64,000 nucleotides of DNA from a virus: positions 1,303 through 65,302 of IMG/VR virus record IMGVR_UViG_3300047533_000002; one strand, given 5' to 3'. The position numbers and the translations under genes are program-made. Positions 56,301 through 62,263 of the stretch are shown piece after piece. A model generated the notes under the pieces. It searched no databases, had not been told where the DNA came from, and saw only the letters and a program-made list of their open reading frames with translations. How positions within the stretch are numbered: the first letter of the stretch is position 1; each line of letters starts with the position of its first letter.

Positions 56301-57570
56301 CGAGCGCCGGGCCATGCGCCAGGCCTACGAGGCCGGCATCATCGATAGCAGCCAGGCGCACAACCTGGCAGGTGTTGGCGAAACGGGAGTCGAATACAGC
56401 GCGGTGCGCAATAAGGTGATGGGCGTCATTGCCTGGCAGTTCCATCAGGCCGAGCGGCTTAACCGGGAGGTGACGTTCCTGGCTGCTTACCGTCTGGCTC
56501 GTGCTGACGGCATGACCCACGCCCAGGCAGTCGATGAAGGGGCGCGCCTAACCTACAAGACCCACTTCGACTACTCGAACACCAACCGCCCGAGAGTCAT
56601 GCACGGCGACGTGGCCAAGGTGGCGCTGGTCTTCCGCAACTATCAGGTCAACATGCTTTGGCGCCTGTTCCGCGACACTCACCAGGTGCTCCACGGCGAC
56701 AGCGCGGCCCGGAAGGAAGCCGTTCACCAGCTCGCCGGCATCAGCGGCATGATGGCAATGAGCGCGGGCGTTAAAGGCGTGTGGCTGTATGGCTTGGCCA
56801 TGGCCATCGCCAGCATGATCTTCGGTGACGATGCGGAAGAGCAGTTCAAGAAGGGCACGGTTGACCTGCTGGGGCCCACCACCGCTGGGCTGCTGCTGAA
56901 TGGCATCCCAGGCCACCTGACCGGTACGTCGCTGTCGGGCCGCATCGGTATGCCAGACCTCTGGTTCCGTTCGCCAGATCGTCAGCTCGAAGGCAAAGAC
57001 GAGTTCAACTACTGGCAAAGCCAGTTGCTGGGTGCCTTGCCTGGCATTGCGCAGAACGTGTGGACGGGCTGGGGCCAGATCGGCGACGGCAAGGTCTATC
57101 GCGGCGTCGAAACCATGTCGCCCAAGTTCGTGAAGGACATCATGCGCACGGCGCGGTTTGCCGAAGAGGGCGCCACTACCCTGCGCGGCGATCCGCTGGT
57201 CAGCGAGTTCAAGGGCACAGAGCTGGCGGCGCAGATGCTGGGCTTCACGCCGGCAGTCCTGGCCGAGCAGTACGAGCGCAATAGCGCCCTGAAGAATGCC
57301 GAGAAGCGGATCATGGATAAGCGCCGTGGGCTGATGGACAAGTACGCCACTGCCCACAAGCTGAAGGACGAAGAGGGTAAGGCTGATGCCATGGCCGATA
57401 TCAAGGCGTTCAACCGCGAGCATAAGCAGGTGGCGATCACGCCGAACACGATCCGCCAGTCGTTGCAATCGCGTCGGCGCTACAGCGATCGGACAGAAGG
57501 CGGCGTGAACATCAATCCGAAGCTGAACCGCGAACTTCGTGATAATCTAGGCCAAGCGATCTACCGTTGA
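44392..57570 (+). CDS. 4,392-aa DarB-like polyvalent virion protein: SLT, ART-like, ParB-like, N6-adenine MTase, SNF2 helicase, metallopeptidase, LPD38-like C-terminus
   Basis: QESRFNP/GLMQ (SLT); FHGT..GPGFYLT..GYDGIVF (ART-like); LKPTQ..LDGHHQW (ParB-like); VLEPSVGAGNF and IGNPPF (MTase); VGAGKT and FVDEAHEFKN (helicase); LLHEAFH. Confidence 0.92.
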   Translation: MANAPLSPLENVLSEQQQSLGISDFKFSEPERAPATAKAGTAPADLMPLFEGAAQKYNVPVNILLGLADQESRFNPRALGQQTKWGRAKGLMQYLDSTAQGMGINPYDPAQSIDAAAKQLSERLGKGYSMIDAVREHFAGPDRKQWGKKTEAYGNEVMQRAAKFEGVPLVGANGQPVQSPTGDMPMAADMAPGANADAGMQPGQLDEAGKRKLAQDMLTEMNAAEPGRYSLATPEQIAAAQSKLPGTADQAQGPDGFWSATGKALSNIPGNFQEAAGGLLRYLGEGVDDNTLYFNAQKLGVLKKLQEDGVITMGPSKGGLITTQVPYLPDGKMADISNTARYLRENAPQLFSKEQQEVMNGIKPNAVAQKGIDLAADARKDRAEINPDGPLAKYGSMIISSTAEMAPALLAGIVTRNPNMTLGMIGTQVYGQSYEKGREKGLNPDEAGTYAAAQAAAEAIPSALPVHAILAPGKNFFSGLFKAGLAESVQEGITGALQAGIDKGTIDPNMTWAQAREQIIDSMIVGGGAGVAMRAGVDGGRRAREAMRSPEARLGEAMQAEVDNAQPSTTADAEARAALDPNTQPMQQQAEAAPVEVAPAKDVPAQAQPEQPGPSGPLGRALERALPTDPVVEAPQVVEQAAVEQQAPVERVEESAAPAASEFMGPTGSTINVAPAGVEPFQATIEGYTDGEVVLRDQEGNRFQVSQAELQPAEQIPKAAEEAAPAVEETQQAQPDQVAEAAPAEQERAQADQQQPARREPKTYDQMDEPELRERLKYLARQAKSTGWDKKLVTERKKVEAAIDAIAAKSTPEVAEPVAEQPAQQVEQKTDKPAAEPVTAELPQAEAPKWFGTQEKADAYVAKKNLADTHEVKLNGRRFEVVPKAEVSQPDTAVAEPAPVQDAPQIKPDPNVTGHVNRARKLMGANVGDFVRPSSDIGYSTGGREYFINKIDKNGTVHVTNQEDGSSTSWSRAELERASRAGVSFGREVKSETKASAAPSVAETQTQSTEAKRPAESSGAEIGSLFHGTARAFDKFDAARVGRSGGGFNHQGPGFYLTDDGDGYAKFFAEKAAAKVSQMDKLLTEAQADELFHSGGKVLNVSIAEDAKMLDLRKPGADPEVVDMFSRSVGDKSVGEQLRKRVMDLGYDGIVFKEPNAIEGWATKDGAITAVLYDESKAVIEKPANTPAAPSIEGDRIDSEWSRFKSESGTLGIPREQMPQIKAEHRGAMVNFLNARDIAHEEQTVPADSLKPTQAEFSREKVARAQAFEGGDRSILVSSDGHVLDGHHQWMAKREAGEPVKVIRLDAPIRELLSTVAEFPSATVDQGAATANNPQGKPANRSDSGISKPSANKIFTEDAADKARALLRSKLTQLNSGIDPEIMQAGITLAGYHIEKGARTFAAYAKAMTADLGDIVRPYLKSWYMGVKYDPRATGFDGMSTAADVEAFDLAKPIEETRNEPTELDQPSQGALERAPAEEVPGAEGEGSAGERASRSSGADARRNERAGSQRDDDARSVGDGAGAVPVPASGERPGRRAAGERQPVQRGDGGDPARGRAGGPDGTDPSSVTASNGVESGDRGTNYTITEADAIGTGGAKTKYKANVEAIQLLKKLEASGRPATAAEQAALAKYVGWGGIPQAFERSDKSASKGWEREVKELRELLTPEEYSAAASSTKNAHYTSPEIVAAVWRAADRLGFKGGRVLEPSVGAGNFFGLMPHELRKASALHGVELDRITSGIAAQLYPEAKIARMGFQDYTIPDGHFDIAIGNPPFGRESLYDGKRKDISGFSIHNYFFAKSLDGLKEGGVLAMVVTSRMMDVPGDKARAYMDYRADFIGAIRLPNDAFMAKAGTAVTTDIIFMRKRGPGSPNAGENWMKVRDYTDSDGNTVPLNEYFHDHPENMLGDFGAYGSMYRDGEPALVARAGQDTAKLLDQAIARLPLAEGTVEPVVKPETAATVRADNVRVGSMFVDGDTVKVRGDDVLGENTAEAVTFPSDKARDRVVGMIGMRDQLATLRGLQLNPNATEKQIATARKALNNAYDAFVKENGPINLDANKRLFRDDPSWPQLSALEDGFDKGISAAVAKKTGEEARKPSAQKAAIFTKRTQSPYQAPESASSAKDALVSSLAETGRVDLGLMGRLYGKSEDAIVKELGDLVFQDPAKGYVTRDEYLSGNVKAKLAQARQAAQKDAAFARNVEALEAVQPRDIEAVDINVKPGAAWIPNDTMGGFANHIGEGGKARAIYNPATAKWSILGLDSSRSADARWSTGRVDLKSILEAAANQKTLQVFDSHSDGTRTLNETETQLANDKVNAVKEEWSRWVWADDARREQLAGIYNNVFNTNVAREYDGSHLTFPGKVGNDIIALRPHQANGVWRIVQSDTTLADHVVGAGKTFTLIAGAMELRRMGLAKKPMFAVPNHLVGQWAADFTKLYPGANVLAATKKDFDKENRKRLFARIATGDWDAVIVAHSSFGKVEVEPKEQAAFIEEQIADLDSSIELMRQTDGEKSRNVKDVQKRRDALREKLKKLLDADNKDDNLYWGELGIDALFVDEAHEFKNLAFSTSMNRVAGLGNQQGSQKASDMFLKVRQVLNATGGRNVVFATGTPISNTMAEMYTMQRYLDYSNLKAQGINHFDAWARMFGEVVTDWELSPSGKYKMNSRFAKFVNMPELMQRYTHFADVINRDDINRMLASQGKKLPVPKLAGGKPTNVVVPRSPEQAKFIGEPIKDEAGNDTDNYPQGSLVWRSENMPKKAEKGADNMLKIMGDARKAALDMRLIDPSYPDYPNSKVNHAAGRIKAIYDEWHADRGTQLVFIDLSTPKNAKAAEAARLRDLVERAEQGDEQAITDLDKVSPDEMMALDGDFSVYDDLKQKLIDRGIPEAEIAFIHDAKTELQKDELFGKVRSGRVRVLFGSTAKMGAGMNVQDRLVALHHLDAPWRPSDLEQREGRIIRQGNKLYERDPEGFEVRINRYATKQTLDSRMWQTIEGKANFIEQVRKGNTGTREIEDVAGEAANAAEMKAASSGNPLILEEMSLRQKVRKLETERQGFDREQHRLRDSIRYAKQSADRADVLLNELRQDAKRAQPSEFEMTIDGQAFDKRKDAGEALMAKLAEMEASQAETATLGKFGDFTLHAERVGAERFIATLEGAGTYDAKIEIGNDPMGAIMRITNSVKDLGAAIEQVERNKARAEADIPKLEAQVSKWPKSQELNGARSRHAEVLEQLKPKKTVQTAPAEAAGNKASMGDSASLGETLRASDLGRILGTMIDGGQVVLHDTAPDGIHPQTQGWTDTNGKIHLVADQLTPESAPAVLLHEAFHSGGEALVKTDKWMNLMARLNGFYKAAEAGRLSGDWAEAFRRVEKAKAAGDTMSRMRSIEELGAYAIENYERAPAGIKKWAQSIMGAVKDFLYRRFGIQAGSVTPAQLRAMAVSALRSGRTAPREEAAFSRNQDDAPTDREVDSWFSRALTDAMAGAKSKGQFSLLATAPMDRMIEELAGNNMHATEYLKLKRDMDAYRAKKHAEFDTTAQKWLKLNVTDRQGAKEMARIMHDATIAQADPAESFSSIINKIDQQMMDKQPNSEAGKAAFEKKVRDDARRSAHAELSKRFKALSPELQAHYREVRDTYKRMTEELDQILMDNLAAAIDIHGRKAERTYEKELAEIKDEGLTGDAKKQAEAAALYKYNTAMTKLRWNKKARLTMMRQQFEANRLEGPYFPLARFGDYFVTVRDRDTGEVISFSRFESRKEQQRFAADAKRLGKVQTGLLSADAELRGSVDPRFVSDVEDILGGADVPDSVKDQVWQRYLESMPDMSMRKGFIHRKNREGYTQDALRAFASRMFHGAHQLGRLKFGARMQESIDLAKEFAGKSKEPERDTAVVNEINRRHDYVMNPKGGPLAQKLTSAAFIYHLSMSPAAALVNLSQTAIIGIPVIGAKFGTAKTIAEMGKAATHFVTGKGHAENSKSLTDDERRAMRQAYEAGIIDSSQAHNLAGVGETGVEYSAVRNKVMGVIAWQFHQAERLNREVTFLAAYRLARADGMTHAQAVDEGARLTYKTHFDYSNTNRPRVMHGDVAKVALVFRNYQVNMLWRLFRDTHQVLHGDSAARKEAVHQLAGISGMMAMSAGVKGVWLYGLAMAIASMIFGDDAEEQFKKGTVDLLGPTTAGLLLNGIPGHLTGTSLSGRIGMPDLWFRSPDRQLEGKDEFNYWQSQLLGALPGIAQNVWTGWGQIGDGKVYRGVETMSPKFVKDIMRTARFAEEGATTLRGDPLVSEFKGTELAAQMLGFTPAVLAEQYERNSALKNAEKRIMDKRRGLMDKYATAHKLKDEEGKADAMADIKAFNREHKQVAITPNTIRQSLQSRRRYSDRTEGGVNINPKLNRELRDNLGQAIYR
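48767..49099 (+). CDS. Overprinted 110-aa gene in the +1 frame inside the giant polyvalent gene
   Basis: GAGGA RBS 8 nt before ATG 48767; GC3-rich preferred codons in this frame; globular-looking MNLQNWISQAREHWKEHQPKRFQELKAKG...AWEMAREQYLFPP. Confidence 0.7.
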   Translation: MNLQNWISQAREHWKEHQPKRFQELKAKGQLGNALREAAERTHAEMSELEASGMTTHEAWEMAREQYLFPPAESDQDDEQPASGSLFNEAMAVIQPEDEQADQTEPTQAA

Positions 57571-57776
57571 TCAGCGGACGTGCCGGGCTGGCGCCCAATC
57601 TGGTCCGGCACGAATGGGATGGAACCCACTTTCCTCACCTGAGCGCGAAGACAGGCGCGCAATTGTGGCTTACCTGTCATCGTTTTCTGTTTGGGTTTTG
57701 CAAACAGTCGGTTTAATATCCCGGCATATCAAAACGCCAGCGCAAGACGTGCTGCCAACCTTACCGGGGGCACGTC

Positions 57777-58373
57777 ATGCCGAATAGTATCACCGAGACA
57801 GACTACAAAACTGCCGGGCAGACGCTCGGCGCCGCCGTATCTGCTATCAAAGCCGTAGCGTCCGTGGAAAGCGCAGGCGCTGGCTTCCTTCCTGACGGCA
57901 GACCAAAGATTCTCTTCGAACGCCACGTCATGTACGCCCAGCTGAGTGACAAGCTCGGCAAGACGAAGGCTGATCAGCTCGCTTCCAAGCATCCCGACAT
58001 CGTGAACCCGGTATCCGGTGGCTACAGCGGCGGCGCCAAGGAGCACGACCGCTTGTCCCGTGCCGCAGAAATCGATCGGGAGTGCGCCCTGTCGTCGGCA
58101 AGCTGGGGAGCCTTCCAGATCATGGGTTACCATTGGAAGAGCCTGGGGTATGCCAGCCAGCAAGCTTTCATCAACGCCATGTATGCCAGCGCTTCGGCCC
58201 AGCTCGATTCATTCGTGCGGTTCATCAAGGCTGACCCAGCGCTGCTGCGAGCGTTGAAGGCGCTGGACTGGAAAGCGTTCGCCCGCCGCTATAACGGCCC
58301 GGCCTACGCCAAGAACCAGTACGACACGAAGATGTCCGATGCGTATCGGAAGTTCGCCGGGGGTGCCGCCTAA
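57777..58373 (+). CDS. Endolysin, N-acetylmuramidase (DUF3380 family)
   Basis: AVASVESAGAGF..GRPKILFERH, SASWGAFQIMGYH, FARRYNGPAY. Confidence 0.92.
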   Translation: MPNSITETDYKTAGQTLGAAVSAIKAVASVESAGAGFLPDGRPKILFERHVMYAQLSDKLGKTKADQLASKHPDIVNPVSGGYSGGAKEHDRLSRAAEIDRECALSSASWGAFQIMGYHWKSLGYASQQAFINAMYASASAQLDSFVRFIKADPALLRALKALDWKAFARRYNGPAYAKNQYDTKMSDAYRKFAGGAA

Positions 58374-58723
58374 TGGACCCGGAAAACCTGCAAAACATCG
58401 GCGGCGGTGGCATGTGGTCGTACATCGGTTCGGCAGTCGGTGCGCTGATCCTCGGCGGCGTTACTGGCGTCCTTGCCCTTCGCAAGCGTCTCTCGTCGGA
58501 CGCTACCACCATCGCCAGCGACCGGGCCGAAGTAGACATCATCAAGACGTTGCAGGACGACAACAATTCGTTGCGTGCCAGCCTGAAGGAAGTGAACGCG
58601 GAGCGCGACAAGCTCTGGAAAGAAATGGCGGAAATGACCGCCACCCTGAAAATCATGGAATACCAGATGACCGCTATCAAGGAAGAACTTGCGGCGCTTC
58701 GAGCAGAAAGGGGTAGAGCGTGA
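58373..58723 (+). CDS. Single-TM plus coiled-coil lysis-cassette protein (holin/antiholin candidate)
   Basis: N-terminal hydrophobic segment then coiled coil. Confidence 0.55.
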   Translation: MDPENLQNIGGGGMWSYIGSAVGALILGGVTGVLALRKRLSSDATTIASDRAEVDIIKTLQDDNNSLRASLKEVNAERDKLWKEMAEMTATLKIMEYQMTAIKEELAALRAERGRA

Positions 58724-59058
58724 TGACGTGTGAGAATTCTGGCAAAGCCAAGCGCCTCAAGCATTGGCAAATATCGGCGATCGTGGCTTTCATTCTGGCC
58801 GCTGGCGCCTGCGCCGGGATTCCCCTTGGCGTTATGATCGTGCGCGAAGATGCTGAAAAGGCGATAGCCGAGCTGCGCAGCACCTATGCAGAAGCGTCTG
58901 AGGCTCGCTTGCAGACCCTTAATGTGTGCCTGGCAAACCAGGGCAAAGCCGCCATCACAGCATCGGAGGCTGCCAAGGTTGCCGGTGATGCGGCGAAAGC
59001 GGCAGCCAAGGCCGTGGATGCGGCAGCTGGGAAGAAAGAAACGGAACAACGTCCATGA
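58720..59058 (+). CDS. Single-TM lysis-cassette protein
   Basis: WQISAIVAFILAAGACAGIPLGVMIV. Confidence 0.55.
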   Translation: MMTCENSGKAKRLKHWQISAIVAFILAAGACAGIPLGVMIVREDAEKAIAELRSTYAEASEARLQTLNVCLANQGKAAITASEAAKVAGDAAKAAAKAVDAAAGKKETEQRP

Positions 59059-59585
59059 CCGGGAAGATCACAGCAGCGATCGCGGTTGTTGCCTTCCTGG
59101 CAGGCTGCCTGGTGGCCGGCATCGCGCAGGGCTGGCGCTATGAGGCAAAGCTCTCCAGACAGACCGGCGCCCACGCAACCGAGTTGAAGATCATCAGCGA
59201 CAAAGCAGCGGCCCAGCGTGATCAGGCGCTGGCTGATCAGCAGGCGATGCAAGACAAAGCGCAGGCCGCCGACCAGAAGCACATCCAGGAACTGACCAAT
59301 GAACAAGCCGAAAACGAACGCCTACGCCGCCTGTATGCTGGCGCCAACGCTAATGCTGATGCTCTTCGCCAGCGGTTGCGCATCCAGGCAAAGTGCCCAG
59401 CTCCAGCAGCAAGCGGCAGTTTGCCCGCGCCCGCAGGCGCCGGCAGCCTGGGCGATGCAACCAGCGTCGAACTCTCTGATGCTGCTGGACAAGACGTTTT
59501 CGATATCCGCCGAGGAATAATCGAGGATCAGCGCAAGCTGGCGTACCTCCAGGAATACGCCAGAACTTGCTCGGGGCAGCCCTAA
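59055..59585 (+). CDS. Rz-like i-spanin
   Basis: N-terminal TM, GWRY, coiled coil, LRIQAKCP, KLAYLQEYAR. Confidence 0.85.
   Translation: MTGKITAAIAVVAFLAGCLVAGIAQGWRYEAKLSRQTGAHATELKIISDKAAAQRDQALADQQAMQDKAQAADQKHIQELTNEQAENERLRRLYAGANANADALRQRLRIQAKCPAPAASGSLPAPAGAGSLGDATSVELSDAAGQDVFDIRRGIIEDQRKLAYLQEYARTCSGQP
59299..59520 (+). CDS. Rz1-like o-spanin lipoprotein nested in Rz
   Basis: Lipobox FASGC, Pro-rich CPRPQAPAAWAMQP. Confidence 0.8.
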   Translation: MNKPKTNAYAACMLAPTLMLMLFASGCASRQSAQLQQQAAVCPRPQAPAAWAMQPASNSLMLLDKTFSISAEE

Positions 59586-60776
59586 TCAGGCTGCCTTTTT
59601 CTTTACCCTCCTGACTCCGGTGGCCGTCATCTCTTCTCGCTCGAACCCGTTGTATTCGGTTCGGTTGATCTTCGGCGAGGCCTGAGCCTTGGCATCGATG
59701 GCCACCTGTAGCCACTTCCAGCCCGCATACTTATCACCATGCCCGTTCAGGTGCGTATAGCGGCGCAGGCTATTCCAGTCCCTGTGGCCACTGACGGCGG
59801 CGACACGAGGGATTTCCCAGCCGATTTCAAACAGACGCGACACGCCTTCATGCCGCAGGTCGTGGAAGTGCAGATCTTCGATATCGACCCAACGCAGGGC
59901 CCGCAGGAAGGAAGCGCCCAGGGCGTCACCCTCATAGGGGAAGATACGGTCTTCCAGGCGCGGCATTGATTCCAGGATCGCCCAGGCTTCGTCGGGCAGC
60001 TTGCAGGTAACATCGTTGCCCCACTTCATGCTGGGGTTCTTCATGTTGCGGACAATCACCGTGCGGTTCTCGACGTCCACGTCGTCCCACACGATCCGCA
60101 GGATTTCATCCATGCGCCGGGTGCTGAATATGGCGAAGGCGATCAGCTTGATAAGCGGCAGCGCCCAGGGACGGCGCCTGTGCATGTCGGCGGCATGGGC
60201 CATGAGCCGGTCCAGCTCTTCCAGCGTAGGGCGCCGGGTGCGCTCCTTGGGCCGGCCCCACATGCCGATCTTGCGCATGACGGCCTTGGCCTTGCGAACG
60301 TCCTCATGGTTTAGCCGGTAACCCCAGGCGGGCTCTGCCACGGCGAAGACGGACGAGATGATGGCGATGTCGTTACTGGCGGTCTGCTTTTTAACCCCAT
60401 CGACGGTGATGCGCTGGTTCGCATAGTCCACCAGGTGCGAGCTGCCAATCTGCGATGCCGGCACCTTGCCCAGTTCGGATCGGGCAATCTGGCGCAGCGT
60501 GCATTCCTTCGTCCTGCCGATCGGCTTGTGCACGACAATCTCGGTTAGGTATCGGTCGATGATCGCTGCCAGCGTGGGATCATCTCCGGTAGCTATTTCC
60601 AGGCCGCCCGGCGCCTCAAGCTCGGCTTCGCGCTTCTTTGCCCAGGACTGGGCAGCCTGTTTGCGGTCAAAGGTCTGCGACTCCGAATAGACCTTCTTGC
60701 CATCTCGCATAATGCGAATTTGCGCGGTATAACCAACACTTCCGTCCTTGCGCTTGCGCGGCGTTATCGTCGCCAT
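59586..60776 (-). CDS. int: Tyrosine recombinase, dusA-associated integrase type
   Basis: MATITPRKRKDGSVGYTAQIR; catalytic STRRMDEI, FHDLRHEG, GHRDW..LRRY. Confidence 0.93.
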   Translation of the reverse strand: MATITPRKRKDGSVGYTAQIRIMRDGKKVYSESQTFDRKQAAQSWAKKREAELEAPGGLEIATGDDPTLAAIIDRYLTEIVVHKPIGRTKECTLRQIARSELGKVPASQIGSSHLVDYANQRITVDGVKKQTASNDIAIISSVFAVAEPAWGYRLNHEDVRKAKAVMRKIGMWGRPKERTRRPTLEELDRLMAHAADMHRRRPWALPLIKLIAFAIFSTRRMDEILRIVWDDVDVENRTVIVRNMKNPSMKWGNDVTCKLPDEAWAILESMPRLEDRIFPYEGDALGASFLRALRWVDIEDLHFHDLRHEGVSRLFEIGWEIPRVAAVSGHRDWNSLRRYTHLNGHGDKYAGWKWLQVAIDAKAQASPKINRTEYNGFEREEMTATGVRRVKKKAA

Positions 60777-60787
60777 CCTGACCTCAT

Positions 60788-60906
60788 TTGCTACAAAACT
60801 CACGCCGTCGAGGCGCGTAGCCCGGCGTAGCAAAATTTGTAGCAAGGCGGAAGGAAAAACGGTCGGAAACGGCCCGAAACAAGCAAAAAACGGCCCGCGT
60901 AGCAAA
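60788..60906. repeat. Inverted/direct repeats between int and dusA (integrase arm-type sites)
   Basis: TTGCTACAAA 60788-60797 / TTTGTAGCAA 60836-60845; CGTAGCAAA at 60826 and 60898. Confidence 0.6.
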
Positions 60907-60921
60907 CGCGACCAGGTGTGA

Positions 60922-61971
60922 TTGATGGAAAATAAGACAGAAAAAACAGATATTTACGGCCAAAAAGTCTTTGCCGTTGCGCCCATGATCGACTGGACGG
61001 ATCGGCATTGCCGTTTTTTCCATCGACAGCTCTCGGGACGCGCTCTGCTTTACACAGAAATGGTCGTGGCCGATGCGATTATCCACGGGCCGCGGGAGAA
61101 GCTGCTGTCCTTCGATGATGCCGAGCATCCCGTTGCCTTGCAGCTCGGCGGCTCGGACCCGGCCAAGCTCGTCGAGGCGGTCAGGATCGCTTCGGACTAT
61201 GGCTATGACGAGATCAACCTCAATGTCGGCTGCCCCTCGGACCGGGTGCAGTCTGGAACGTTCGGGGCTTGCCTCATGCAGACGCCCGAGGTGGTCGAGG
61301 CCTGTGTCTCGGCGATGAAGCGGGTAGCGACGGTGCCGATGACCGTGAAGTGCCGGATCGGGGTGGACGAGCAGGAACCGGGTGATGTGCTGCCAGACTT
61401 TCTGGCCCGGATGATCGCGGCGGGAGCCGATGCAATCTGGATCCATGCGCGCAAAGCCTGGCTGAAAGGCCTGTCGCCGAAGGAAAACCGCGAAATCCCG
61501 CCGCTCGACTATGATCTAGTGTACCGGATGAAGCGGGAGAACCCGCAGGTCTTTGTCGGCATCAATGGCGGGATTGCCGATCTCGACCAGGCGGTGGCGC
61601 ATCTCGCGGTTATGGACGGCGTCATGCTCGGGCGGGCGAGCTATCACAATGCGACGCTGTTGACCGAGGTCGACCGGCGGATCTATGGCGACGCCGCCGC
61701 GCCTGTGGACTGGGACCGGGTGCGCGATGCGATGATCGCCTATGCCGAGCGGGTGATCGCATCCGGCGGGCGGCTCAACCATGTGACGCGGCATATGGTC
61801 GGGCTGTTCCAGGGCTTTGCCGGCGCCCGGCGCTATCGGCAGATCCTGTCGTCCGAGGCGACGAAGCCGGGTGTATCGCCCAGGCTGATTGCCGAGGCCT
61901 TTGCGGCGGTCGACATTGCGGGCGGGCCGAAGACACAGGGTACGCCCGGGACATCGGCTGCTGCCGAATAA
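60922..61971 (+). CDS. dusA: tRNA-dihydrouridine(20/20a) synthase DusA; 5' end probably supplied by the prophage
   Basis: VAPMIDWTDRHCR, EINLNVGCPSDRVQSG, HARKAWLKGLSPKENR. Confidence 0.96.
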   Translation: MMENKTEKTDIYGQKVFAVAPMIDWTDRHCRFFHRQLSGRALLYTEMVVADAIIHGPREKLLSFDDAEHPVALQLGGSDPAKLVEAVRIASDYGYDEINLNVGCPSDRVQSGTFGACLMQTPEVVEACVSAMKRVATVPMTVKCRIGVDEQEPGDVLPDFLARMIAAGADAIWIHARKAWLKGLSPKENREIPPLDYDLVYRMKRENPQVFVGINGGIADLDQAVAHLAVMDGVMLGRASYHNATLLTEVDRRIYGDAAAPVDWDRVRDAMIAYAERVIASGGRLNHVTRHMVGLFQGFAGARRYRQILSSEATKPGVSPRLIAEAFAAVDIAGGPKTQGTPGTSAAAE

Positions 61972-62050
61972 CCTGGCACTGCTTTCCGGCGAATTTCAGG
62001 CTCCAGATGCGAAAATGGCGTCCCGGGGGACGCCATTCGAAAACTTTAAA

Positions 62051-62263
62051 TCAGGCAGACTGGATGTTGACGGCCTTGGGGCCCTTGCCCATGCGGTCCG
62101 GCTCGGTGTCGAAGGTGACCTGCTGGCCATCCTGCAGGGTCTGCAGGCCGGAGGCCTGGAGCGCCGAGATGTGGACGAATACGTCCTTCGCGCCGCCTTC
62201 CGGGGTAATGAAGCCAAAACCCTTGTCCTGGTTGAAGAATTTAACGGTGCCCTTGGTGGCCAT
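62051..62263 (-). CDS. cspA: Cold-shock protein (CspA family, alphaproteobacterial type)
   Basis: [25 protein letters not shown]; GGAGAG RBS-like; long 5' leader. Confidence 0.95.
   Translation of the reverse strand: MATKGTVKFFNQDKGFGFITPEGGAKDVFVHISALQASGLQTLQDGQQVTFDTEPDRMGKGPKAVNIQSA

Larger units (their letters stand above)
4609..57706. promoter_or_regulatory. Dispersed operator-like motif (GA)TTTTGCAA(ACA)
   Basis: TTTTGCAAACA at 4609, 5325, 27868 and 57696; reverse copy TGTTTGCAAA at 41224; variants at 5289 and 15869 (minus); all intergenic. Confidence 0.6.
1..60990. mobile_element. Temperate podovirus-like prophage (F116/Hollowayvirus-like organisation) integrated at the 5' end of dusA; left end outside the window
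   Basis: Contiguous recombination, immunity, replication, terminase, portal, capsid, tail, ejection, lysis and integrase modules; integrase is divergent from and adjacent to dusA; right boundary approximate. Confidence 0.93.

Noticed and set aside
44458-56520. Long minus-strand ORFs (e.g. 585, 447, 522 and 721 aa) opposite the giant gene, and similar ones opposite portal, terminase, RdgC and YqaJ
   Set aside because: Antisense shadows expected from GC3-rich coding on the other strand; no RBS or family motifs, and the composition is typical of reverse-frame translation.
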